Positions 1-9,632 of a DNA stretch of 64,000 nt are shown here, piece by piece; positions within the stretch are counted from its first letter, which is position 1; each line of letters starts with the position of its first letter. The translations under genes were made by a program, and so were the position numbers. Source of the DNA: Candidatus Poribacteria bacterium (GTDB taxonomy: Bacteria; Poribacteria; WGA-4E; UBA9662). The stretch is taken from NCBI GenBank assembly GCA_036339735.1, contig JAYZAL010000066.1:1-64000 (forward strand), read 5' to 3'. The notes under the pieces are model-generated. The model ran no database searches. It was not told the origin of the DNA and worked only from the letters and a program-made list of their open reading frames with translations.

Positions 1-417
1 GTCGCTACCGGTGTGAAGGTCAACACCTTTGGCAGCTTTGGCTTCGAACTCAACATAGGCCCAAGCATCGTGGTTGTTAATATCACCCGCCTTAAAGTTA
101 AGTCCCTTCTCATTCATCAAGTCCCCAACATTATTACCACCAGTGGGAGGCAATTTACCCCACATAAAGTAATGATCACCAACCTTAGTACCGGCTTTCA
201 CACCATTTTTAGCAACACCTTCTTGCGTTACAGAACCACCACTAGCTGCTTTAAGGGTATCTTGGTCAATGGCTTCGGCACCACCTTGGCCATCCGTGGG
301 GGCGATTACCCAGAGCCAGGGGCCTTCAATTTTGTCAGGTTTGGCATGCGAAGTGCCAACAAACAAACTACTGGCCAAAAAGCCGAACAACAACAAAAAT
401 ATAAAATTCTTTCTCAT
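1..417 (-). CDS. Secreted hypothetical protein, N-terminal 139 aa only (runs off the left edge; absent from the ORF track)
   Basis: Own translation of the minus strand from ATG at 417: MRKNFIFLLLFGFLASSLFVGTSHA-KPDKIEGPWLWVIAPTDGQGGAEAIDQDTLKAASGGSVTQEGVAKNG...AWAYVEFEAKAAKGVDLHTGSD. Classic Sec signal peptide (basic, hydrophobic, SHA), open to position 1. Confidence 0.85.
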   Translation of the reverse strand, partial: MRKNFIFLLLFGFLASSLFVGTSHAKPDKIEGPWLWVIAPTDGQGGAEAIDQDTLKAASGGSVTQEGVAKNGVKAGTKVGDHYFMWGKLPPTGGNNVGDLMNEKGLNFKAGDINNHDAWAYVEFEAKAAKGVDLHTGSD

Positions 418-542
418 TACACCGTATTTCCATTTACTTTTGACTTTAGAGTTAATTGGTCTCCGCGTGCGAGACTCGCCAAGTCTAGCACGCTTCAAAT
501 CAAAAAGTCAATAACGAACTTAGGATTGTGGAACACATGGTT

Positions 543-1487
543 TTAGCTAACAAGAGATTCTATCTCCAAATTTAACCACTGTATTTCGTTTTGACTCAAA
601 TTTACTTCCAAGGCTCCCAGGCTGGAATTTAATTCATCTAAGTTAGCCGGTCCAAAGATGGGAAAGGTAGGGAAAGGCTGATGTAACACATAGGCCAAAG
701 AAATCTGGATTGAAGTGCAGTTCTTTTCGCTGGCTAATTGCTTAGCTCGATCCAAACGTTCGAAATTCTCGTCGCTGTAATAAATATCAACAACATGAGG
801 ATTGTCAGGTTTATCCTGATAAAAATTTCCACTAAAAAAGCCACGAGCCTGAGACGACCAAGGAATCAGTGGAAATTGAGTTTCCTTGTGCCATTGCCAT
901 GCAGCTTGGTCTGTCAGGGTACATCCTCCCCAATGAGGCTTTTTAGCCTGAGCTAAACTTATGTTGTTACTGACTGCTACAAATGGATTCTTTCCGTGTT
1001 CAATAGCATACTCATTAGCAGATTGAACGCGTTGAGCAGACCAATTAGAAACACCAGCGGCCCGAATTCGTCCTCTCCGAATTTCTTCATCCAGATAGTC
1101 AACAATAGTTGATACGGGTATTTGCTCATCGTCTCGATGTAACAAGTAGAGATCAAAATAGCTAGTTTGGGTTCGTATCAGGGATATCTCTAGATCCGCA
1201 CGCACCTCTTCCGGTGCAATACGGGGACGAGGCACAAGACCACTGGGGTGTCCACCTTTACCAATAACATACATCTCATCTCGGTTATGACGATGCTTCA
1301 TCCATTGACCGAATACCCGTTCGGCATCCCCACCACCATATATGAAAGCTGTGTCAAATGCATTTCCACCAGCTTCAACGAAGCGATCAAAGACAGAATA
1401 AGCACTTTCAGCATTACCGGTATGATAAACCATAGTTCCTAATACTAATTGGGAAGGATTTTGATTGCCAATTTCTAAGTATTTCAA
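543..1487 (-). CDS. Aldo/keto reductase (NADP-dependent oxidoreductase)
   Basis: LVLGTM, GGNAFDTAFIYG (catalytic D/Y), IGKGGHP (K), DLYLLHRDD (H), GVSNWS, WSSQARG, PIFGP motifs. Confidence 0.92.
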   Translation of the reverse strand: MKYLEIGNQNPSQLVLGTMVYHTGNAESAYSVFDRFVEAGGNAFDTAFIYGGGDAERVFGQWMKHRHNRDEMYVIGKGGHPSGLVPRPRIAPEEVRADLEISLIRTQTSYFDLYLLHRDDEQIPVSTIVDYLDEEIRRGRIRAAGVSNWSAQRVQSANEYAIEHGKNPFVAVSNNISLAQAKKPHWGGCTLTDQAAWQWHKETQFPLIPWSSQARGFFSGNFYQDKPDNPHVVDIYYSDENFERLDRAKQLASEKNCTSIQISLAYVLHQPFPTFPIFGPANLDELNSSLGALEVNLSQNEIQWLNLEIESLVS

Positions 1488-1533
1488 CTGTTTACCTCTT
1501 ATACAAATAAGTGTTTTTCAGAATTCTTGGATT

Positions 1534-3864
1534 TTATAGTAAGAACAGAGAAATGGACAGGTTATTTCGTCGTTCGCCACCACCAACAGGTTCCAAGTAA
1601 TTTTGAATGATGTAGTCCGCTGTTACAAGCAAACCAACAGTTTGTCCGAATGTTTGCCCTTGTAAGACTAATTCAAAGAAGGCAACCGTTCTATTATAGT
1701 TATGAGTTGGTTCATATAAATCTCTCCAAGTTAGAAACTGGGTTCCTGCGCTGAGTTGTAGTTGCGCTGCCAAACGGTGAGTCAAAGTAACCATATAAGC
1801 ATTCCGTGTAATATCAATTGCTCGAAGTCGATCAAAAGGTTGAACATATCCGATCGTACGATCATTACGAAAAGCAGGTGCAATAGTCATATCCTCATTG
1901 ATTTGATAGTCGTAGCGAATTTGGTTGATTAGTCCAGTATCGATTAATCTTTCTTTGGTATTGAATAAATTATCTCTTTGATATTTGAACTTCGTCCGAA
2001 TGGTGAGATTTTTGACATTTTGGTAATCGACAATCATAGTAAAGATATTGCCTTGGTAATCTTGTAACATAAGATTGTCTTTGATCAACTGACCTGTTGA
2101 ACGGAGTACAACATCATCGGGAATATTGTCTTTAGCTCTGCGAAAAGTATGGCGAAAAAAAACTGTTCCGAAGTTGGGAATTCGTTCAGGAATATAGGAG
2201 AAGATATTATACCAACCCTTTGCTCTTTGGTTTTGCAAAATCATTCGTTTTTCGTACCGGCCTGGAATCACTGAAACACCTTCGACCAATGGAAGTTCCA
2301 TTTTTAGGAAAACGTGGTGTCCGAAAGATCCTTCGTCATAGTCCAACCGATAGTTTGGTTTATCATCATCTTCTAAATTGTCCGGCTCACCGTTATTATT
2401 GAAGTCAATAGATTCACGGTTCAAGCCAAGTCGGAATTTAGGTGGATCAGCGAAAAATAGTAGAAAATCATCATTCCAATCTTGAATTCTGTCTCCGTCA
2501 ATATCATCCTTGGTATTTCCAACTATCAAGATTTCTGGTTCTCTAGAGTCGGCATATGGGTTGTCATCATCATTATCATCTATGAAGTTAGTAGCGTGAT
2601 AAAAAGGATCGAGATGGGTATATTCCGCACTGAATGTTAATGGACCAAAACTACGATTGATATCTAAAAACCAGGCCCCTTTATTGACTGAAAACTGCCG
2701 TCCTTCTAGAGTTGGATATTGTTTTGTCTGGCTGTACCAAGCACGTTCACCTGAAATAGAAAAACCAAATAAGGTCATTTGCATGTCCATACCCATCGTT
2801 GATTCATCGGTTAGTTCGCCATAGTCAAAACTGTGTAATCGTCGGTTCGTACCATCTTTAATATTACCACTCGCACTCAATTCTAAATGATAGTTTTTAT
2901 TATCGGTTGATAACTCAACTAAATAATCATTAGCAATGTCTATATCAAACCGGACCCGAGCACGATCTTGTGCACTAAAAATTGGAAAGCGATAAACAAA
3001 ATATCCATCCTGTTCTGCTGCTCGATAACCAGCACCACGATTACTATTATGTGGCAAAAGTAAAATCCCTGGCGGTTCAGCACCTCCAATGACATCATAT
3101 TCTTTCACACCATCGATTCTTACTTGAACAGAAAATACTTTTGCCCCACCCCTATCTTGGGGAGATGCATCCCGAAAACGAAGAAATATCTCAGAGGGGG
3201 GATTACTAATCGTAACACCTTTTAAAGGATTAGAAGTCCGTGTCAAATCATAATTAGTAAAAAAACGATTAACAAAGCTTAGGCCGAATTGAGGTAATGG
3301 CACATTAAATGAAGGTAAAGCGCCCCACTGAAACTCATATGACCCAAGACTAGCTTCAGCCCGCACACCGGCCATTAGCCAGTCATTTTCGCTGGCAATA
3401 TCCTGATTTTCAACAGGTTGAGAACGTTCACCTGAGACAGTAAAGGTGTTGTTAGTCACTCGACCTGCAAACAATGAGACCCTACCCCGAGCAATAGGTA
3501 CTGTGATATTCCACCGGGCTGCATCGAACAATTCTTTATCCAAAGTAAAATTAGAAAATTTGGTTGGGAAATTACCAACGGTGAGCTGATGTCGCAAACC
3601 AAGCCCGTTTTCTTCTGGAGATTCAACTAGAAATGTAAAATAGTTTCGATTACCTGTTTTTTTCTTAAATTCTTTATCACGACGCAAGATCGAATTGCCT
3701 TCCAGTACACCAAAAGACGCTTGCATCCGATACAGTTCCTTGCCACTTTTATCGAAAACGGGGTTACCTAGAGGATCCATCCGTTGTGCATTAACACAGT
3801 GTATACCTACGAATAAGGAACAATTAATCAATAGTAGTAGAAGCAACCAGCTCTTAGTAATCAT
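1534..3864 (-). CDS. Exported protein, probable outer-membrane beta-barrel with acidic Ca-binding-like loops; function unknown
   Basis: Likely start is ATG 3864 (MITKSWLLLLLLINCSLFVGIHCVNA, signal-like), overlapping the upstream stop; the ORF-track start at 3972 overlaps the upstream gene by about 120 nt. C-terminal half has alternating amphipathic strands. Acidic motifs DDNDDDNPYAD, DIDGDRIQD, DFNNNGEPD. Confidence 0.7.
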   Translation of the reverse strand: MITKSWLLLLLLINCSLFVGIHCVNAQRMDPLGNPVFDKSGKELYRMQASFGVLEGNSILRRDKEFKKKTGNRNYFTFLVESPEENGLGLRHQLTVGNFPTKFSNFTLDKELFDAARWNITVPIARGRVSLFAGRVTNNTFTVSGERSQPVENQDIASENDWLMAGVRAEASLGSYEFQWGALPSFNVPLPQFGLSFVNRFFTNYDLTRTSNPLKGVTISNPPSEIFLRFRDASPQDRGGAKVFSVQVRIDGVKEYDVIGGAEPPGILLLPHNSNRGAGYRAAEQDGYFVYRFPIFSAQDRARVRFDIDIANDYLVELSTDNKNYHLELSASGNIKDGTNRRLHSFDYGELTDESTMGMDMQMTLFGFSISGERAWYSQTKQYPTLEGRQFSVNKGAWFLDINRSFGPLTFSAEYTHLDPFYHATNFIDDNDDDNPYADSREPEILIVGNTKDDIDGDRIQDWNDDFLLFFADPPKFRLGLNRESIDFNNNGEPDNLEDDDKPNYRLDYDEGSFGHHVFLKMELPLVEGVSVIPGRYEKRMILQNQRAKGWYNIFSYIPERIPNFGTVFFRHTFRRAKDNIPDDVVLRSTGQLIKDNLMLQDYQGNIFTMIVDYQNVKNLTIRTKFKYQRDNLFNTKERLIDTGLINQIRYDYQINEDMTIAPAFRNDRTIGYVQPFDRLRAIDITRNAYMVTLTHRLAAQLQLSAGTQFLTWRDLYEPTHNYNRTVAFFELVLQGQTFGQTVGLLVTADYIIQNYLEPVGGGERRNNLSISLFLL

Positions 3865-4849
3865 ACACAATGCTGAAACGATGGCTCCCCCAAGTCTGTG
3901 CAATACCAGAAACTGGATACATAAATCCATAATCGAGGGTAAAACTATCCGTTGGATGATAACTTCCACCAAGAGTTAAGTTGGTCCCCCAAGCTAGATT
4001 TTCCAAGCTAAAACCGAATCGAACCGCTGTTTTTTGTTCTTTGAACCAATACTCTATTCCTACCCGAACGTCAACTTCACTAGGCCGAAATAGTAAATCC
4101 ATATCCCAAACGGTCCGTTGTCCCAAGACTCCGATACCGATAGAGACCATCCTATTAAGGTAGACCGGTTGTTTGATATGAGACGCATCACTTTGACTAT
4201 TTGATCGTTGACTTGCGATATTTGGCCGATTTACATTGTGAATGCAAAAAGCTACGGGCACATTCGGAGAGGGCCGAAATAATCCTCCGAGATCAAGACT
4301 CAACTGGGTACGACCAGGCAAATTTTGGATAATTGTCTCATTGGCACCAATAGTGGGAGCTGTATCCCAATTCAACACCTTCGCTGATACTCCGAGGATA
4401 ATCTCTTTTGCATACTGCCCCATTTTAGCTGCTTCCCAACCGAATTTCTTGGCGCCACCAACAATTAGCAAAGTTTCACTATAAAGCAAACGTCGAGGTG
4501 TGTCAGCGGATAGACGTTTCAAAACAATACCAAGACTTTCGTTGGCTTTATTTTCCACTTGATCGCCGGGTTTACTGTATCCATAAGCTAATATATGTTG
4601 AGATAACTGGCTCCGATCTCCCAGCCCCGCATGTAGTCTAGCTGTGGTAGCCGTTAGTTGACGCGAGGAAATATTGACTAAGGTTGCAGGGTTTACAATC
4701 AAACCGTCGGCTCGATTAGAGACAGCCGAGACTGCGCCACTCATACCTAGTGCTCGTGCCCCCGTAAATTGATCGATGAAGGCAGCATCAGCGAATCTAA
4801 TGAACAAAAATAACAAATAGGTAAGACATCTCAAATTGAAGCCTCGCAA
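3854..4849 (-). CDS. PorV/PorP(SprF)/UPF0164-like outer-membrane beta-barrel
   Basis: Signal peptide, then GARALGMSGAVSAVSNRADGLIVNPA, matching the N-terminal GARxxGMGGA...NPA motif of PorV/FadL-like barrels. C-terminal DYGF...SHRFSIVYDY aromatic-ending strand. Confidence 0.75.
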   Translation of the reverse strand: MRGFNLRCLTYLLFLFIRFADAAFIDQFTGARALGMSGAVSAVSNRADGLIVNPATLVNISSRQLTATTARLHAGLGDRSQLSQHILAYGYSKPGDQVENKANESLGIVLKRLSADTPRRLLYSETLLIVGGAKKFGWEAAKMGQYAKEIILGVSAKVLNWDTAPTIGANETIIQNLPGRTQLSLDLGGLFRPSPNVPVAFCIHNVNRPNIASQRSNSQSDASHIKQPVYLNRMVSIGIGVLGQRTVWDMDLLFRPSEVDVRVGIEYWFKEQKTAVRFGFSLENLAWGTNLTLGGSYHPTDSFTLDYGFMYPVSGIAQTWGSHRFSIVYDY

Positions 4850-5196
4850 AAAACCTATGGGTTGATCAGCTAATACTGCTATACGATGAGACGAAAAAGT
4901 TTCCTATGGAGAAGAATTTAAAACCCGTAATTTTTGAGACAAACCATGTTTCCAAACCTATAGTAGATATGTGAGGTTGCTCATGAGTAAACTTTTTAGC
5001 CGATTCTTTGTTTTTCAACCTATTAAAATGTTAATTATCCAAATTGTATCTAGTAACTCTTTACGAGGTTACACCGGTCACTTGTTTCATATATGAAACG
5101 AAAATGAGCTAGGCAACCAGTAAATTTTTCCATTTAGTCGTAAATTGTCGATAATCTTTCGCTCGAGAGATTTTATTATATTATTTCCTATACTTT

Positions 5197-7197
5197 TTAT
5201 CTACCAACTGCGATAATACCACTGTTTTGGTATGCACCTAATCTAATTTGATAGATATAGACGCCTATGTCGACAGTACCTCCGCTGAGGTCCTTACCAT
5301 CCCATTCGATGCTGATAGCTTCGATATCAACAACCGAATGATCAATCAACGTGCGAATCAGTTTATTTCTAATATCAAAGATTTCAACTACCAGTTTTTC
5401 TGATTGACGACGATTGTCATAAGGACTACTATTTGAAGTGTCTAGCATTAATCGAGTGGTATCTGCAATACCATCTCCGTCGGGCGAAAAAGGATTAAAA
5501 CTCCAAGAAAACCCAAGATCAAAATTTACTGCTTCAAAAATGGCAAATGTTGCAATATAGTTTAGTTGAATTCGAACGGTTTGAGCGATAGGGTCTACAA
5601 TACCCCCTACTATTTGCCACTCTTTAGATGATGCTTCCCAAGTAAATAGACGTAAATTTTCAGCTCGCGTGATATTGGCCAAATTGAGATCGTTTGAGTC
5701 GTAGCTTAATTCTAGTTGAGCTGGTCGATGAAGTATTACGTGTTCTTCACTTGAAAAAGTTGTAATGGGCGCATCAGAAGGATCAAAAAATTCTATTTCA
5801 TCAATTTGTACATTATTAACTTGCTGACTCTCAGTAACTTCGATTCGTACAAATTGTGCCTGTGGTCGGGTTGGAAAATCTATGATGGTTTTCCTTTTAT
5901 CAAAATTGTCAAAAGTCATCAGTCGAGCGAATTTAATATTGTCATCAGAAATATGAATAGAGCAACTTTTAGGTCCAAAAGATTTTCCATCGACGATACT
6001 GGAATAAACAATCAGTTTGCCGACAGGCTGCTTTTGAGCTAAGTCGATGGTCAAAGAAATTGGTAATGGTGTCAAACGAGACATCCAGGTTGAGGGGGAA
6101 ACCCGAACACCATCAACTGCTAAGCTAGCGGGTTGATAAGGTAGCTGACTGGTCGCAACCGCAATTAGTGGTTGTTGTCGTAGTACTTCAAATCGGTAAG
6201 CTATAACGGGGGCAGTCTCCTCTACAATTCGAGGATTACTTAAATAAGTCAGCCGCGAGATCTCTGCTACTGGTATGGGAGAAAATTGCAATTTTTTAAC
6301 TCTAGGCCCCAAGGCTTCTGAAGAAAAATGGATTTCAGCTTTAGCACCATCGCTCAAAGTAAAATGGCCATCCAAACTAGCTGATGGATTCAATTCGGCT
6401 AGGTAATAGAGTTGCACCGTCTCCTCCCGAGAAGTTGTCGGTTCTGACTCGAAGGGAACGCCATATTTTTTTTGGGCTATATCATTTGCCTGCTGTACAG
6501 AAACGGTAATTCGATTTTCTCCATTCCTAAGTATAAGGCTTAAGTCCAAAATAGCACTAGAAAACCATTGGCTATTATCCACTGTAGAAATATCTTGAGA
6601 GCCAGTATTCAGAAGTACTGATAATCTTTTTAGGTTAGTTTGGACTATTTGCTCCTGATCATTTAGTAGTTCGAAGGATTGGATGGAGATCCTATTCTTT
6701 TGCCAACCTTCTACCATCTCCAACCGAATATATCGAGTCGTTACTTGGCTTGGTAAATCAACCAAAACTCGACGTAAATCAGGTTCAAGTGTGGCTGGTG
6801 CAAAGAGTAGCAATGGTGGCGAATAGGCTTTCCCATCTTTGGAGAAAGAAACCGAAACTGTTCTCGGCCCTAAGGAATCATGTGATTGTATTACCGGTTG
6901 TATTAACAAACTCTTTATTTTTAGAGGTTGACTTAGATCAACTTCAATAGCTTGAATTGAATGATTGATTTGTTCTAGTGACTGAATACCTGATGGCGTA
7001 TTGACAGAGACAATAACTAAGGATGGCTCAGTGGAAAAGATTTTAGCTTGGAGGTGCAAAACCTGATTATTAGTAACGAAGTTAGAACCAGGCTGCAGGA
7101 TTGTTACTGCTAGATCGGCGCTAAGTGATAATTGAAAAAAAAAACAAACTAATCTGATTCTTACTTGTTGGCACATCGTTTTGTCTAACGCATTCAT
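5197..7197 (-). CDS. Secreted protein with two discoidin (F5/8C)-like domains and a C-terminal FlgD-Ig / gliding-motility (T9SS type-B-like) CTD
   Basis: Discoidin-like motifs LAVDG..TW..LTIDL..AQFVRIEV..IDEIEFF and TTRYIRLEM. C-terminus NPFSPDGDGIADTT..VEIFDIRNKLIRTL..WDGKD..GVYIYQI..GIIAVGR. Confidence 0.75.
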   Translation of the reverse strand: MNALDKTMCQQVRIRLVCFFFQLSLSADLAVTILQPGSNFVTNNQVLHLQAKIFSTEPSLVIVSVNTPSGIQSLEQINHSIQAIEVDLSQPLKIKSLLIQPVIQSHDSLGPRTVSVSFSKDGKAYSPPLLLFAPATLEPDLRRVLVDLPSQVTTRYIRLEMVEGWQKNRISIQSFELLNDQEQIVQTNLKRLSVLLNTGSQDISTVDNSQWFSSAILDLSLILRNGENRITVSVQQANDIAQKKYGVPFESEPTTSREETVQLYYLAELNPSASLDGHFTLSDGAKAEIHFSSEALGPRVKKLQFSPIPVAEISRLTYLSNPRIVEETAPVIAYRFEVLRQQPLIAVATSQLPYQPASLAVDGVRVSPSTWMSRLTPLPISLTIDLAQKQPVGKLIVYSSIVDGKSFGPKSCSIHISDDNIKFARLMTFDNFDKRKTIIDFPTRPQAQFVRIEVTESQQVNNVQIDEIEFFDPSDAPITTFSSEEHVILHRPAQLELSYDSNDLNLANITRAENLRLFTWEASSKEWQIVGGIVDPIAQTVRIQLNYIATFAIFEAVNFDLGFSWSFNPFSPDGDGIADTTRLMLDTSNSSPYDNRRQSEKLVVEIFDIRNKLIRTLIDHSVVDIEAISIEWDGKDLSGGTVDIGVYIYQIRLGAYQNSGIIAVGR

Positions 7198-7519
7198 ACG
7201 ATGCGATTAAGTTTCGGCCAGTGTAACACAACTATTTTACTCCTCACAATCTAATTGACTACTTTTAGTCAACGCCTACTCACAAATGTTTTCAAAAATC
7301 TATGGATTGAAAGATTTATGTTTAGGGACGTAAACATAAAGTGAACTGACAAATTGATCTATAAACTAGCTAATTAGTAAAATTGTGGATATAAAAGGTG
7401 ATTTGTAGATATAATGTCGCTTATAAATGAAAATAGAGGCAGAAGGCTGTCTCTTTGTCACAATTGCTTGCCACTTATTATGGTTGGTGAGAGAAGGCTC
7501 AATCAAAAAAGGTACTCAT

Positions 7520-8713
7520 ATGACAACTGCTGAAATCAAAGCTTGGGCGACCGAATATATAATGAATACTTACGGGGATCGGCAGCTTGCTTTTGTCAAA
7601 GGCGAAGGTGCTTATGTGTGGTCGGCTGATGGTAAGAAATACCTTGACTTTCTGAGTGGAATTGCGGTTAATGGTCTCGGGCATTGCCATCCGAAAGTCG
7701 TCTCTGCTATTCAGAATCAGGCCGAAAAACTCCTACATGTCTCTAACCTTTACTATATCGAACCCCAAGCTCAATTAGCAAAACTGTTGGTCGAAAATGG
7801 TGATCTAGATCAATGTTTTTTTTGTAATAGTGGTGCTGAAGCTAACGAAGCGGCAATTAAAATTGCGCGTAAATTTGTCAAAGACTCAGGACGCCCAAAA
7901 GCGAACGAAATTATTACAATGAATCAATCTTTTCACGGCCGAACTATGGCAACTATCAGTGCTACCGCACAACCCAAATATCATAAAGGTTTTGAGCCAA
8001 TGTTGCCTGGTTTCGTATATGTTCCTTACAACGATTTGGATGCTGTTGAGTCCGCTATCAACGAAAACACTTGTGCTATTTTAGTTGAACCGATTCAATC
8101 GGAAGGCGGTGTTAATGTACCCAGCTCTGGTTATTTGGCTGGATTGCGTGATCTGTGTGATAGAAATGAGCTAGTTTTGATTTTTGATGAAGTCCAGACT
8201 TCACCGGCTCGGTTGGGAACATTTTTTGGTTACCAAAGTTGGGGGATTACGCCTGATGTAATTACTATGGCCAAATCGTTGGGTGGTGGAACACCTATTG
8301 GTGCCATGATGGCAACTAGATCTGTAGCAGAAAGCTTCGTGCCTGGAACACATGCTGCAACGTTTGGCGGGAACCCATTAGTGACAGCTGCAGCAACTGC
8401 TACTCTAGAAACGATTTTGGAAGAAGATATCTGCCAAAATGCCACAGAAATGGGTAATTACATGGTAAACACGTTCTCCAAATTGAAAGAACGTTATCCA
8501 TTGACCGATATTCGTGGTCGTGGCTTGTTACGAGGTTTAGTTTTTTCGATTGATGCCAAACCGTTGGCTGCGAAATGTGCAGATAATGGTCTCATCACCA
8601 TTTGTACAAATGACCATGTTTTGCGTTTTTTACCTCCACTTAACATTGGAAAACAACAGATCGACGAAGCCTATCAATTACTGGAGAAATCTTTAGCTGA
8701 TGTCGGTCTCTAA
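7520..8713 (+). CDS. argD: Acetylornithine aminotransferase (class III, PLP-dependent)
   Basis: YLDFLSGIAVNGLGHCHP, FFCNSGAEANEAAIK, SFHGRT, EPIQSEGG, DEVQT, MAKSLGGG, HAATFGGNP. Start moved to ATG 7520 (AAAGG upstream). Confidence 0.9.
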   Translation: MTTAEIKAWATEYIMNTYGDRQLAFVKGEGAYVWSADGKKYLDFLSGIAVNGLGHCHPKVVSAIQNQAEKLLHVSNLYYIEPQAQLAKLLVENGDLDQCFFCNSGAEANEAAIKIARKFVKDSGRPKANEIITMNQSFHGRTMATISATAQPKYHKGFEPMLPGFVYVPYNDLDAVESAINENTCAILVEPIQSEGGVNVPSSGYLAGLRDLCDRNELVLIFDEVQTSPARLGTFFGYQSWGITPDVITMAKSLGGGTPIGAMMATRSVAESFVPGTHAATFGGNPLVTAAATATLETILEEDICQNATEMGNYMVNTFSKLKERYPLTDIRGRGLLRGLVFSIDAKPLAAKCADNGLITICTNDHVLRFLPPLNIGKQQIDEAYQLLEKSLADVGL

Positions 8714-9590
8714 AACTTTCTTGATTCTATCCTACTACCTTTTATTCGCCTTCGTAATGGTTAGCGGGTGTAACCTATCAACCGTCGATACCACTCCGCT
8801 GTTCAAACTTCTTTTTTCTTCGTCTACTGAAATCGATAAGATGCTAGTTAACTATGCTCATCCTGATAGTGGTTCGGTTATGACCGTTTCTAAAGACAAC
8901 GAGACACATCAGGCTTCTACGTTATTCAATGGTGTGACTGATTCTAACTTATGGGACCAAGGTGAAGGTTGGAAAGTTGACTTTAGTGGTCGTTATAACT
9001 ATGGTCAATATACTGGTTACGGAGAAAGGGCTTGGGCAGCAGGTCAAGCTATGAGGCAACAAAGCCGATTGGATATGATGCAAGGGAGACAAAGCGATCG
9101 AGAAGATTCTCGGATAGATCCTAAGCAATTTGAGAATGATGACTACAAAACCCGGGGGCTTGCGGGGATTGATAATTATGGTGGAGATACCGCCTCAGCC
9201 ATGGCTTGGTTGGTCTTTGAGATCCCAGAGAAACGACTGATTAATCGGGTGATCGTTCACACGATTGATTCCATCAAGTACCCTGCCAGAAAATATGGGG
9301 TTAGTGACTTCATTGTCCAGTATTGGACATTACAAGCCAAAGGCTGGCAAAACGTAGACCGAATGGGCAAGAAAGTAGGAGATCAACACGATAGTATTCG
9401 TAATAATACTAAAGGTAAGGTCACAGTTCGATTTCGGCCAGTTGAAACTACAAAAATCAGAATTGTGATTCGCTTGACAAATGACAGCAAACGAAGGAAG
9501 CAGGGGATGGCTCGAAGTGAGTTTTTGACTGGTACGGTTCGTTTGATTGAAGTGGAAATTTACGGTTTAGAGAAGAAGCCACCGACTTAA
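8700..9590 (+). CDS. Putative lipoprotein with discoidin/galactose-binding-like beta-sandwich; unknown function
   Basis: Lipobox-like VMVSGC; LFNG...W, FRPVETTKIRIVI, VRLIEVEIYG motifs; start overlaps the argD end. Confidence 0.6.
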   Translation: MSVSKTFLILSYYLLFAFVMVSGCNLSTVDTTPLFKLLFSSSTEIDKMLVNYAHPDSGSVMTVSKDNETHQASTLFNGVTDSNLWDQGEGWKVDFSGRYNYGQYTGYGERAWAAGQAMRQQSRLDMMQGRQSDREDSRIDPKQFENDDYKTRGLAGIDNYGGDTASAMAWLVFEIPEKRLINRVIVHTIDSIKYPARKYGVSDFIVQYWTLQAKGWQNVDRMGKKVGDQHDSIRNNTKGKVTVRFRPVETTKIRIVIRLTNDSKRRKQGMARSEFLTGTVRLIEVEIYGLEKKPPT

Positions 9591-9632
9591 ATTCTTTCTA
9601 TGATTTAGGACTGTTATTTTCTGTGGGACAAT

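Noticed and set aside
13-546. 177-aa + strand ORF (and 269..514)
   Set aside because: Antisense shadow of the signal-peptide-bearing minus-strand gene at 1..417; no recognisable motifs.
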